A stretch of DNA of 63,941 bases, counting the filler. It is 8 parts of 8 records of this genome, joined end to end, with 100 filler letters (N's around TTAATTAATTAA, not from the genome) between each part and the next. Parts side by side here need not be neighbours in the genome. Positions count along the whole stretch, not along the records: positions 6,894 to 27,595 come from SRR7504441_2; positions 27,696 to 34,151 come from SRR7504441_5; positions 34,252 to 38,435 come from SRR7504441_8; 5 more parts are not named here. One strand, 5' to 3'. The notes under the pieces were generated by a model, which was not told the DNA's origin, made no database searches, and saw only the letters and a list, made by a program, of their open reading frames with translations. Numbering within the stretch: position 1 is the first letter of the stretch; each line of letters opens with the position of its first letter. Below are positions 24,801 through 37,200 of the stretch, in pieces. The position numbers were made by a program, and so were the translations under genes.

Positions 24801-26973
24801 AAATGTCAACCAAACCGTCGCTTTAAGTCCGCAAGTCACCAGCTGGGTCCGAGTCCAGGTAGCAAAGTTATACCATGCAAATGGTCAAGCTTCTGGTCAG
24901 TACTTTGGAATATCAAGGCTCAACTTTTGGAGGAGTCAAGCTGTTCAGACTTCGGTGGATCCTCCACCAACTTGGGAGTACACCACTTCGCGACCTGATT
25001 GCAGTGACACTCAGGCAATTGAGTATGACTGTAACTGTGGCGAAGATGCTAAGTTTTGCACTGCGAACGGTCAGTATGTGGGATGGGATGGACAAGCATA
25101 TAAGCTCTGCTCACGAGATCACGACAAATGGTGGGTCCTGGCCGATGCCAGCTGTGGATCGCCACCGTATGCAAGGTGTCCAAGGGGATGGAAAGTGTAT
25201 TCTTCAAATGGAGGAACAATACTTGATCGATGCTGCAGAGGGAAATGTGCCGACGGCAAGGAGGAAGATGAGGCGCTGGGCACGCCACTAGATGGGAACT
25301 CCATTTGTGCAATCTATGGAGTCACACTGGCCCCAACCTCATCTGCTCCAACCTCATCAGCACCGACAACAAAAGCCCCCATTTCAGTCGCCCCAATCTC
25401 GTCAGCACCAACAACGCAGGCCCCAGTAGCGGCTGCCCCAAGCGAATCAGCACCAACAGAGGGGGCCACACCAGTCCCTGTTACCAGTGCTCCCAGCGAA
25501 CTTCCGCTGATTCCATCTAAGCCTGGGAATACAGAAAGTGCTTCAAGGAGACTTTTGGAATCTGAACCAGATCTTGACTCCGTCTGGAGTGAGCGATCAA
25601 AAAGGATGGTAAAGGCTCCAGATGGCAGGTTTGTAGTGGCAACTGACGGCCCAACTTCCGCTCCAACTGATCCTTCAAAGGCCCCAACCTATCCAGCTCC
25701 TTCGAAATCGCCAACTTGGAGCCCCACAGGGACCCCCTCAGTTTCTCCAACAGGAATGCCATCAGTTGCACCTTCTGCAGCGCCGTCGTCCAGCCCAACC
25801 AGCTATAGCCCTACCTTCAGCCCAACTGGAACCCCAAGCACGAGCCCTACTTTCAGTCCCAGCAACAGCCCTACCACAGGCGCACCTACATTTTCACCCA
25901 CAATTGCCCCAACAAAGTGGCAACCGCCGCCATGTGACGATATTGCGAAGGCCTCTCGAACTTTCTTAGACGAGCTACAGTCTTCAAGCCAAGCAATGGA
26001 GTTCCCAGCCCGAGATCTGTTCTACGGAGCGGCTGAGTTCTCAAACATGGCACACAAGTGTACAACTGGAGCCTATATTCAGGATGTACAATGCAAAGGC
26101 CTCACTCCTGCTGGGCACATCACAGCTTCAGAGTGCCAGCACAAGTGTTGTGAAGATGCGTCGTGCTCTGTGTGGCAGTGGCATGCTGAATCAGGTTGTC
26201 ACATGGGAGATTCAAACATGTGCATGGGCGCAGATGATTCATTTATTGAATCACGTGGATCTGGGTGGCATGGCCAGCTAATTGATCGCCAGAGAGGCGT
26301 CATAACACCCTACGGAGGTAGCCTGTCCTAACCTGCTGTTCTTGACTAATTTCTGTGGTGCTGCAGATCGGCCATTCCAGCTGGTCTCCCTTGGACCTGG
26401 ACATGGGTTTGGCTACTCTAATGCTCCTTCACGGGACCAACAGGACCAGTACGGAGTCATCCTGAACGACTTTAGTCTTTGGCTACGCAACTGGTCCGAT
26501 GAGGACGAAAGAGCTCTGATCCTGGTACGCTGCGACCTCCCGGCTATATCACTGAGCTGTGTGCTATTCAGGCGCAGATGCAGGCTATGGGCTTCTTCTC
26601 TAGCATTGGGAACGCAATCAGACGCGCAGCACAGAAACTTGCTATGGGTGTTTGCCTGGCAGGTCTCGCAATAGGTAAATTCGTGGTCACAGTCGGAGGA
26701 GCTATCATTACTGGCCTTGCCAATTTTGTCATTATGGCCCTAGAAGCAGCCATCAAAGCAATGGGCCCCCGCTTCTTTGAAATCATGAACCTAGAAATCA
26801 GTGGTGGGTTCAATGCAATGAGTGGAGGAACTGTTGCTTTTGGATTTGCTCTCGATATGTGGCTGGTGAACTTGCGAATCAATTTTAGTTTCAGAATCGA
26901 GTTTAACTTCCTCAAGATAGTTGAAAAGCTTTTCGGCCGATTGACCGAATCTCTTAAAAGCATCTTTGGTTGA
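6895..26973 (+). CDS. Giant (>6,500 aa, 5' truncated) multidomain extracellular/surface protein
   Basis: Seven consecutive same-strand ORFs joined in frame by GT-AG introns 16712-16817, 18422-18528, 19777-19824, 22970-23041, 26318-26366 and 26525-26571 (6,549 aa from 6895). Recognisable by motif: ~220-aa beta-rich repeats (to ~15300), TSP1 (15952-16152), PSI-like (16228-16374), CPW-WPC (16612-16909), WSC (19180-19455), FN3 (~19465-19776), K/E-rich coiled coils, C-type-lectin-like (~23570-24030), two discoidin/F5-8C-like domains (~24050-24935), S/T/P mucin tract, PAN/apple-like (~26090-26280). Confidence 0.85.
25330..25915 (+). repeat. Coding low-complexity Ser/Thr/Pro (APTSS / SPT) mucin-like repeats
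   Basis: Translation APTSSAPTSSAPTTKAP... and SPTWSPTGTPSVSPTG...SPTFSPT. Confidence 0.85.
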
Positions 26974-27595
26974 TCATTTGTGGAGTGACTCCAAGCCGGC
27001 AAGGGGCAGCAACATCACATGCAGGGCCGGCCCAAGATAGGATGTCCAACAGGACTGTTCTACCTCAGTCTGTACATGTCACTCGCCTCACTCTTATACT
27101 TAATTACAAGACTTAGTGCTCGAAGTGCTGATGCTCACCGGTCGTCAAAATAACTACAATCTTGTACTTGATTAATGATTATACGCGTGGCCTTCAATGA
27201 GCCACAACCATGCCATTTGCACTGCTCAGCACATCGGATGTGTGCATGAATGCATGGGTGATATTAAAACCGTAAAACATTCATTGATGATGTTGCACGA
27301 TTATTTAATTAGCTTAATATTGGGATTCAAACACCGTGAACATTTTGCAGCGGATATGTCTGCCTCTACCATCCTCTGCCATACTGAGAGGGATCTCAAC
27401 TCGAGTTTTGAGCCAACAGATGCACGTCGCAGGCACATTGCAGACACCATCTTGTATTTTGAATGTATACGCGGATGTGTTTAATATAAACTAGTGGTGC
27501 CGATTATCCTAAGGCCACACTTGGGGGCAGACTTGGTACAGTATACGCTCGATAGTTAGAAACTCCCCCTTGAAGAAAGTCATCATGGTAAATTG

Positions 27596-27695
27596 NNNNN
27601 NNNNNNNNNNNNNNNNNNNNNNNNNNNNNNNNNNNNNNNTTAATTAATTAANNNNNNNNNNNNNNNNNNNNNNNNNNNNNNNNNNNNNNNNNNNN
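27596..27695. other. Artificial contig-joining spacer
   Basis: 44 N + TTAATTAATTAA + 44 N. Confidence 0.98.
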
Positions 27696-27697
27696 CG

Positions 27698-27757
27698 AAG
27701 CCAAAGCCGCTTGAACAGCCGAAAGACAAAGCGGGGGGGTGCTGCATCGTATCATGA
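27698..27757 (+). CDS. 3' end fragment of a gene encoding a prenylated protein (C-terminal CaaX box)
   Basis: Reads KPKPLEQPKDKAGGCCIVS* followed by AT-rich 3' sequence; basic stretch plus CCIVS fits a CaaX signal with an adjacent palmitoylatable Cys. Confidence 0.55.
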   Translation, partial: KPKPLEQPKDKAGGCCIVS

Positions 27758-27958
27758 TTTATTATACATTGTTTACGAATAGTTATCATACTTTAGTTTC
27801 GAAGTAGTTTCGAAGCAACCGGCTCTAGTTCATTTAGTTTAGATTTAGAAGCAAAATCAAAGATGAATGAATTGTATTCAAAATTTTATCCATTTTCACA
27901 TTCGTACTTACAGTATTAATATGGGATCCACACCGACGCCGCCAATCTCTCACACGGT

Positions 27959-30900
27959 TCATCGAAATGGTGGTGCTTTGGGCTTCATTGAGTTCTCCAG
28001 CTTTTGTATTTCCTTTAGGAAGGGCTTTTGCGCATCGTTTGCGGTCCCCACAATACCTTGCGCCTGGGAGAGTGCTTCGATCACCTGCCAGCCACACGCG
28101 ATAAGCAAACCGCCGCCTGCAGCTTGCTGTCACCTTTGAGACACCAAGCTGCGCCTTCTTGGCAATTGCCTTCGTGGCACTGAATTTATCTTCAGTCGCA
28201 GTCGCCGCACGCACAGCAGAGCTCAGCTTTCGCTGCTGCCTTGCCATGTGCGCCGCACCTCGCTGGGCTATCCTCCGCTGCTCTCGAGCCACAGTAAAGC
28301 GATCATGAGCCACTGTCTCCAGATTCTGGAGCTCAAGCTTAAACTGGAGTGCTGCATTCTGCACATCAGGCAGTGCCGAGGAGCTCATAGGTGGTTCCTC
28401 GATCCGGTCCTGAAGTCGGCGGATTGTTTGGAGTGCGGTGTTTACTCTCTTCTGAACGCGGCGTTCCGCCACGTTGGTGTCATCCATCTGGATTGCTCGG
28501 AGTCGGTTTAGAGAGACATAGTCGGCGAGCCCCTTGTGCATTGATGCACTCAGCCTGGCCAACGTGCGCTCCCGATCTGAAACAGCACTATCGCCTTCCA
28601 CGCCAGGTAAACGTTCCTTGCCTTTGAGAAGGATCAGCTTCGACGACCTGTCAATTACAGAGCGATACAGCGATCCGACACTAGCCATGCTGATCTGCTG
28701 TTGGGCGGCTTCCATCTCAGTATCAAGCTGTGTACTGGTGCCATTAAATCCTCGCCTCGCCTGAGCATCCAAATTTTGGATAGCGCTTCTCACCTCCTCC
28801 GTCGCTGCCCTGGCAGCCTGCACAAGCGCGAGTCACACCACGCGCAAAGACGGGCGCACCTCATCAATGGCACGTTCCTTGTGCACCTGGTGCTCTTCAA
28901 TCAAACTCGCCTCAAGGGTGGTGGTGAAATTCTCCACTACAGCGCGCACCTCCTCCTTGGTATCGCTAGCATCAAACCGACCGATTTCCAGAGGCACGTC
29001 TGTCTCATTCCGACTGGTAGGCTGAATGGGTTTTGCATACTCCTTTACAAGTCGGAGCACCTCACTAGGAGTCTTGGCTGCAGTGTTACATATGGCCAGC
29101 GCTGTGGCCAAAACCTTCGGACCCGGAGCACTCGCCCACTGCCGCTCCAGCTGATCGAGGTTTACAGCCATTGTGGCAGCCAGTTTCTTGAGCTTATCCT
29201 GCATTGGATCCTCTTCAAGGGATTGCTTCATCCGCTCCAATTTGGACCGAGTTGTGCGAACCTCCACAAAGAGTGGCTGCTGCCATCTCCACTGCTGAAG
29301 CGAGGCCAAGCAACAGTCGCGGTACTTGAAAGCGAACACTGCATTGCATCTTTGCGATATTCTCTCCCTTAGAGTGTTACAGGGCTTGCGCTCAGCCTTA
29401 GCCAGCCGATCGCAAGGGCCCCCAGTTTTTCCAAAGGCGTCTGTCATATCAGCTGATGCATCCTTTTCCGTCTTGCGCTGAGCAATGAGTGCCGCCATTG
29501 TCTCTAATTCACTGGCATCTTGGCCACTTGCCTCTTGAGCATCAGTAACACTTGCCTCTTGAGCATCAGTAACACCCGCGACCTCATCCTCGATCGCGCT
29601 TCTAACGTCAGCTTCAGCACGCCTGTCAATGGTAGCTTCGATTCGGGTCAGAGCCCCAGAAGCATCTGGCTCATTCCCAGACATGGCTGCCTGATATGCA
29701 GCAAATCGGTCTTTCGCCTCTCGGGGAATCAATCGCCATAGGCTCTCAACTTTGGTCAGTTTCATCTGAATCTGGCGTTTGAGCTTTTTTACCTTATTCT
29801 GCCGTTGAACGCCTTGTAACGATCCTATTGCACCAGCTCGATTTTCAGGGTTCTTGACAGCAGAAAGCAACTTCTCCAGCTGCTGCTTGAGCAACCCAAG
29901 CTTTTTTGCTGCGACAAAGGCGCCTTTGGCCTTTTCAAGCTTCTGGACAGTATGTCTCACTTTCCTCTGATGTTTTATAATCTTGAGTATCTTTGCACGA
30001 AGTGAGTTTGTCTCTGCCTGGGCTGACTGGCTCTGCTCGATTGTCACACTACTCTTGGAGTGGTTCCGCAGCTCCTTGAGCACTGCATTCAGGTTGACTC
30101 TAAGCTGATCAACAAAGTCGCTTGCCAGTTGGGCTTTCTTCAAAGAGCCCATGAGCTGATCTTCAGCATTGACCACTTGCTCCTCCATTGACTCTTCAGT
30201 GGATGCAAGCCCTGAGCTAGTCCACACACGTTTATTGTCAAACTCGCACCCGGTGCCACTGGTCTTGTTGCTCATTACTTCCTGCATGGTGCACAACCGC
30301 AGGTCCTTACCAAAGCAGATTGCTTTGGCTTCAGCAAATGTCTTGTCGCTGTGGCATCCATAGTCGGCCATTGGGACCTTGCCATCAATATCGTCACAGC
30401 ACTTGACATTTAGCTGGGCGTCAAGTGGTGAGCAAGCCTGCGGGATCTGCTCAAGAAAGCCAATGTTGCCTGGCAGTGTTATTTTGCCCTCACACTGATC
30501 CGCGAGCGTGCCGTTCTGGGAAGGCTGTGCAGGCCCTGACGGACTCTGCGACTCACCCAAGAGCTCTTCATCTGATGCCCCCAGAGGTGTGAAGGCAGGC
30601 GAGTTGGATACATCTTGCACATTGTTGGCGCTCCCAAAGTAAATCTGGCTGATGGAGCAAGCGCCCCCGAGAGGCACAAGCCTGACCACAAACTTGTGCG
30701 GCTGGGCAAACTCGAATGTTGGTGGGGCTCTGGTCCACTCTGTGACAGGTGGATCCCGCATCCCGTCCCACTTGTGCTCCAGCTGGTCGCTTCCTAGGAC
30801 TGAGAACCCATCCACTCCAGCAGGTGTATCAGCATCGCACTTGCCGACTGCCCACAGATAATACAACACCCCTTTCTGCACCAACACGTCGAATTCGACG

Positions 30901-33556
30901 GCCGCAGATGTGGCGCCCTGCGCCGGCCTTGGATCATAGACGACCCTCCCGTTCTCGGCTGCCATTGGTGCAGAGATGCTGTCGAAGTTGACTGCTGGCC
31001 TCCGTGAGCCTGCTGCATACCCTACCTCCTTTGTGCACCCGCGGAACGCAATGTCAAATGCAGCCGCCGCGCTGGACTTGGCCCACTCACCATGCAGCCT
31101 CTTGGCAGCATGCCACAGCTTGTTGGCTGTGGCAGTGACAGTGCTGGCTGAAGCCTGCTGCTCCAGCTCCCTGTACCGCTGGTACTGCGGCTGCTCCCAT
31201 CGCCAGCTCTCGAGCACTTGGCTGCAGCACACCCGCCGGGCCGCCTCAGCTTCAATCGCGCTGCACTTGTCAGCCTGCAGAGAGCCGCGATTGCTCCACA
31301 GGTCATCAAGCATCAACTTGGTGGCAAGACTCTTCTCAGCCGCCTGTAGACGGCTCAGCCCACACCACTAACCGGTTCACACCTTGGCATCAGCCTGTCG
31401 CTGGCTCCATATCTCCTGCTGGTACTGGGCATCCAACAGAGCTGGAAGCAGCACTGCTCGTTCGTGAGCGCTCACGTTCTGCATCTGCGCCTTGAGTCCT
31501 GCTAGCCGCACCTGCTGGGTCTTTTGCTCTAGCTGCACCTGCATCAGCTCCCGCTGGGCGGCCAGCACCGCCTGCCACACTGGGCTTAGTCCCAGGGGAG
31601 TAGGCACGCACACCTCCGACGCAGCAAGGTGAGCCGATTCTTGCTTCATTTGCTCTGCATGTGCCACTGCAATGTCCTGCTCGATGCTAGCGCCCTCTTC
31701 GGTAAGCGCAGTCATCAGAACTAGCCCGGCCTTGTCTTTGCACTCGAATCCACTCACAAGCTGCTCCAATCCCGACAGCCGGTCGCGCACTCCAGGTGCA
31801 GCCCGCCAGAGCTCTGGGCCTCCGAGCGCCGCCTCGTCACTGCCTGCTCCGGCTTGCATTCTCAGCCGGGACGCCTGCGCCTTGAGCTTGCCCACCGCTC
31901 GGTTCACGTGGTCGATCACTGTCTGTCGCTGCTCTGCTGCAGTCCCCACGAATCGCTCCACGGCCCCACCCAGCCGCTCCAGTTCCAACAGCTTGCGCTC
32001 GATCTGCTCGACCCTACGGGCCGTGCCGGTCTGGGCACTGTGCTGGGCCTCCCGTTGGGCTTCTTCGAGCAGTGCAGTCCGCCGAATGTTCTCCTGACGC
32101 TGCTGCACTTTGGCCTGCTCGATCCGGACTGCCAGCCGATCCAGAGCTGCCTGAGCCTGGCTCACGTCCTTCGGGAAGAGCAGCATGTCCTTCTCCCGTT
32201 CCATTGTCGCCTGTGAGCTGCGCAGCTCGTTCAGCTCGGCGGCCTTCCGCTCGAGTGCAGCCTTGTTTGCCTCTAGGCGTTTGGCAAGCCCAGCCGCCAC
32301 CTGCCCTGCGGTCAGCCCGGGCTCCGCAGCGCAGCAGTCCACCTTCAGTCGACGCTGGTGGCTCCGTTCCTCGATCTTCTGCTGGAGGTTGGTCCAGCCG
32401 GCCGCCTGAGCCTGGTAGACAGATGCCTCCCTCCTGGCAACCTCCTCTTGCATGGCCGACTTGGACGACGAGGGCACCACCCGCTGCAGCACCTGCCCTC
32501 CGCTTAGCACCGACCCAGCCGCCCACCCACCGACAGCGCGGCCTCGGCCGGCTCCAGAGTCTGCTGCTGCTTGGCGTCGAGCCTCTGCTTCTCAGCCAGC
32601 CTCGTCCGCTCGGCCCCGGCCCGCCGCTCTAGCTTGAGCAGCCGGGCCATCAGCAGCAGCTGCCGCTTGCGCACCGCCTCGTCCTGCAGTTGGACTCTGG
32701 CCAGCTCTTGCTGCAGCTCGTTCAAGATCGACAGCCCGTACTGCTTGTCGCCTCCGAGCCGGGCAGCGCCCGCACTCTCGAGCTCGCAACGCCGCTCGAG
32801 CTGACTCCGCCTGAGCCCGAGCGCCGTGCTGCGCGCCTCGGCCCGGGATAGCTCGCGCTGGGTGTCCCAGGCCCGACTTTGGGCCTGACTCAGCTCGCGG
32901 CTTGCCTTGAGTTGGGCCGCGGTCTGCTCCAGCTTGTCGCGCGTCTGCTTCTTCAATCGGGCCAGCTTGCGGGCCAGCTCGGTCCGGCCGCGCTCGCACT
33001 GGCCCGGGGTGAGCTCCGGCTCGGCCACCGGCTGCTTGAGCATGAAGGCTCCCCACGAGATCCGGCCGTCCCGGGCGCACTGCTCCTTGGCCGCGACGAA
33101 CAGCTCAGCCTCCACCGAGCTGTCCCATCGCTCGCGTGCCCGCCGGGCGGTCTCGGCCAACTGAGCCAGATCCCCGAATGAACCCTTGCCCAGCCGGGCC
33201 GCTCCCACCGCCTCCTGGGCCCGCCGGGCCACAGTGTCGAGCGGCTGCCGGGCCCGCCAGGCGTCCACCGCCGCCAGGCAGCCAGTGCTATTGCCCGCCG
33301 CAGTCACCGGCACCGGGTCCTCCGGCAGCTGCGCAGCCACCGCCGTCTCGCCCAGTTCCCACTTGCTTGGGGACAGACCCGGGCTGGCGTCCGAGTGGTG
33401 GCCAGGCCGGTCTGCCATCCAGCCGCCCCGAGCCAGTGAGAACTCCATCCTGATCGGGGCCGCGGCTGGCAACGCGGGCAGCGCCGGGAGCTTGCCGGCC
33501 ACCTGCTCCAGCCAGCAGGCGGCCACGAATGCCAGCAATTTCGCCAAAATCCTCAT
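27959..33556 (-). CDS. Secreted ~1,800-aa coiled-coil protein with a central beta-sandwich-like segment and a small Cys-rich lectin/Link-like domain
   Basis: Signal peptide MRILAKLLAFVAACWLEQVAG; introns 32493-32530, 31344-31382, 28818-28859 and 28085-28133 give a continuous frame ending KPKAPPFR*; A/E/Q/R-rich helices; Cys module VKCC...KTFAEAKAICFGKDLRLCTMQEV...GTGCEFDNKRVWTS (~30205-30410). Confidence 0.75.
29525..29575 (-). repeat. 24-nt in-frame tandem duplication (VTDAQEAS x2)
   Basis: cacttgcctcttgagcatcagtaa occurs twice in tandem. Confidence 0.85.
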
Positions 33557-34151
33557 TGCAATCCTCGTTTAGTTCCAACGGCGAAATTATTATTTCTGTT
33601 GTTGTTGCCCCTGTCTGCACAAACCCGCGGAGGCCGGCCACGCCATCGACATTGCTATCGCGAGCTGTCTTGATCTTGTGCGTCTTGTCGGTTAGGAACC
33701 CTTTGTTGACCTTGAGCTTGCACGGGGTGTTCAAGTAAGTGTCCTCTGTCTTTTGTTGTTGCCACGGGCTGGGGCTGGGGGCAGTGTGAGGCTGGTCTGG
33801 TTGCAGTCATCCCATCACATGGCTCCTTGTATGGCATGTCTTGGGAAAGCAAGCTATTATTGCAAAACTTGCAGCAAATGCATCTAACCACGCAACAATC
33901 GGCAAACTGCACATGGTCAATGCACATAACGCCGTCCTTCCGGTCGCAGATCTCGCAGTTACTGCAACGTCCTTGCAATTGACTGGTCATGACTGGTGAC
34001 AAACCGACGTCGGCCGATTTGAGCGAGCGGCATTGGCCGAGGAACACGATGCATAGCTGAAGCATTCCGAACTGTCCAGGATTGGAGTCAAACTGTGTCT
34101 TGGTGAATCCAGCACCTGCTATGAGTTGAGAATCGGCACCCTCAAGATTGC

Positions 34152-34251
34152 NNNNNNNNNNNNNNNNNNNNNNNNNNNNNNNNNNNNNNNNNNNNTTAAT
34201 TAATTAANNNNNNNNNNNNNNNNNNNNNNNNNNNNNNNNNNNNNNNNNNNN
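34152..34251. other. Artificial contig-joining spacer
   Basis: 44 N + TTAATTAATTAA + 44 N. Confidence 0.98.
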
Positions 34252-37200
34252 GTGCAGCTGGTCGGTACAGCGTGGGTGGTGGCAGGTGTCCCGCCGGCTT
34301 TTATTCGGCGCGAGGCTCCCCTACGTGTACAATCTGCCCAGCTGGGTCCAGCTGTCCAAGTACCTCCCTTGTACCAGTGCAGTGCCCTGCTGGTTATTAC
34401 TCCCTAGTTGGAGCAACAAAGTGCTTGCTTTGTCCTCCTGGATACTCGTGCCCAGCTGGAGAATATCCACAGCGCTGTCCAATTGGCTCGTACTCGCTTG
34501 GACCGAACGATAACTGCACCTGGTGCCCTGCAGGCTCAAAATGTCCCCTATCCTCGGAGCCACCTATGCAATGCCCTGAAGGAACGCATTCCCTTGGAGG
34601 AGCTATTGTCTGCACAACATGTCCCGCAGGTTCGGCCTGCAAATTGCGCACAGAGGACGCTGCCGAGCCCTGTCCAGCTGGAAGCTATTCTTTCGGAGCA
34701 AATGGAAATTGCACTGTCTGTGCTGCAGGATGGCAATGCCCACTAGTCACTGGTGCTGCTAATTCTCAATGCACAGCAGGATTTTACTCTGTTGGAAACG
34801 CAACACAGTGTACTCGTTGTCCTGAGGGTTTCGCCTGCCCCTTTACCATTGCTCCTACAATGATTCCATGCACACACGGGACCTATAGTGTTGGTGCACA
34901 AAGCACATGTACAATCTGCCCACCAGGCTTTGCGTGCACTTCAACAGTCTCAGCAACACAGATTCCATGTCATGCTGGGACCTGGTCCGCTGGGCGGCAG
35001 TCAAACTGTACTGCGTGTCCAGTTGGCTTTGAATGTCCTGCAAACACACACAACAGCGCAGCCCCATGCAACCCTGGCTACTACTCTCTTGGTAGCCAAT
35101 CTCAGTGCATCAGGTGCCCTGCAGGAGAGATGTGCCCACTGCCAAACATTACAGGGACTGCTTGTGCAGCTGGTCAGTACAGTTCTGTTGCAAGTATTGG
35201 ATGCTCCACCTGTCCAGCTGGGTACCACTGTCCTTCACCATCTGCTACACCTAGCATGTGTCCACTTGGCACCTGGGCAGCTCCTGGGCAGCAAAGTTGC
35301 TCACCATGTCGTGCAGGATATGTATGCTCTGTTCAGGGAGCTTCTTCTGCAACTGGCGGAAGAGAATCTTGTCCAGACTGCAAAGAGGACTGCCCTGTTG
35401 GCTATTATTGCCCTTCGCAGTCAAGCTCTGCAATTCCCTGTCCACCTGGAACCTATGGGTTTGAACTGAATGCTGAGAATTCAAGTAGTTGTTACACATG
35501 CCCACCTGGGTTCTACTGCATTGGGGGCAGAGCGCATCCAACAGCGGCAGAGCACTGTCCTGCAGGTACACACATTTGCTAGAATTGTGATATCTTAGAG
35601 CAGATGATTGTACTGTCAAGTATTTGCATTTGTTTGCCGTAGATTGATTCCTTGGCAGAGTGGCCAGCATGATAGGTATGCTTGTGGCAGGTCACTACTG
35701 CCCCAATGGCACTAGCTATGCAATGCAGTTCCCATGTCCTGGAGGTACATACCAGCCTGGCCTGGGCCGGGATGATGTTGGCGACTGCTTGACCTGCGAA
35801 GCTGGAACATATTGCCCAGCTAGCTCCACAAATCAGAACAACCTGTGCAAAGCTGGACACTACTGTCCAGCAGGGACAGCCAACTACAGGAGTTATCCAT
35901 GTCCAGTAGGAACATATTCAGGGCCATACACTGCACGTATGTCAGCCGCACAGTGCTATAGATGTACAATGGGCCACTATTGTTCAGAAGGATCGATTCA
36001 GCCTGTGGCATGTAGCCCTGGCACTTTCAATCCAGACTTTGGTGCTGGCTATGAAACAAACTGTATGAATTGCACAGCAGGCCATTCTTGTCCAGTGCCA
36101 GGGCTTGGACATGCAAATGGCACGTGCGCTCCAGGCCACTACTGCCCATCAGGCACAAGCTATCCAACTCAATTCAGTTGTCCAGCTGGCACTTTCACTG
36201 ACCTAAATGACCTTATTCGAGCAGAGGACTGTGACGCCTGCCCATTACGACGAGCATGCTCAGCAGGCACTGGTGGTGAAAGGTATTTCCCTGCCTGTGC
36301 AAAGGCATCCTCGGTCTGCTGATGTGACTTGTGTAGGCAACCTTCTATGCCCTGCGCAGCAGGCTATTATTGTCCAAATGGGACTGCCATTCCAAACCAG
36401 TACCCGTGTCCACCTGGTACCTATACAAACCGTACCAACCTGGCGTCAGCTGCTGAGTGCACAACTTGCGAAGCTGGCTCATTCTGTGCTGGAAATGCGA
36501 CTTCTCCATCTGGAGAATGTGCAGCGGGCTACTACTGCCCTCGTGGTATGTGCGCAAGGCTGCTGATGAGTGATTTTGTTGTTTTTGTAGGATCTTCGTC
36601 ACCTAGAGAACACCCTTGTCCTGCTGGGTCTTACGGTGCTAGCACTGGCCTGACAGCAGAAGCGCAGTGCACAGCATGCCCTCTTGGGAACTTCTGTCTC
36701 GAGGCATCTACTACACCAGAACCATGTACTGGGGGCACATTTAATGACCAACTCGGTGCACAAGCAGCAGGCCCTGGGCCATTTCCCATGTGTCAGCCAT
36801 GCGCTGCGGGACATTTTTGTCCATCTGGATCCATGACTATGACAGCCTGCCTGGAGGGAAGCTACTCTTCCTCTCAAGCAGAGTCTTGTACCACCTGTCT
36901 TGCAGGCTATTTCTGTCCCAATTCGACTACTGAAGCCCAGATGAAAATAAACACCTGCGCTGCTGGCCTCTACTGTCCTGCAGGACAGCCCAAGACACCA
37001 GATGGGGGATCAAATGCCTGTCCGCAGGGCCGATATTGCCCTCAAGCATGCGCTTTGCCAGTTTTATGCCCAGCTGGAACTTACAACCCATCCGAAGGTG
37101 GTAAAGATATTGAAGCATGCAACATATGCCCAGCTGGATCCTACTGCACTGAAGGTGACTAACTTCCTGTGTCACGAGCTCTATTTGTAGCCTGTATTCA

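Noticed and set aside
2367-26577. In-frame stops between consecutive ORFs as evidence of stop-codon reassignment or pseudogenes
   Set aside because: Each break examined is explained by a short GT-AG intron that restores frame; TAA, TAG and TGA all serve as real terminators.
27197-27484. 95-aa ORF in the AT-rich region after the giant gene
   Set aside because: No motifs, atypical composition, likely intergenic.
27834-28133. C-terminal extension of ORF 27834-28823 ending ...LILLLNLN
   Set aside because: A typical 49-nt intron (28085-28133) gives a more protein-like exon ending at 27959; the extension runs into AT-rich 3' sequence.
33557-34151. Possible small gene or ncRNA upstream of the 33556 gene (donor-like GTAAGT at 33735)
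   Set aside because: No convincing start, reading frame or recognisable RNA motif; cannot be supported.
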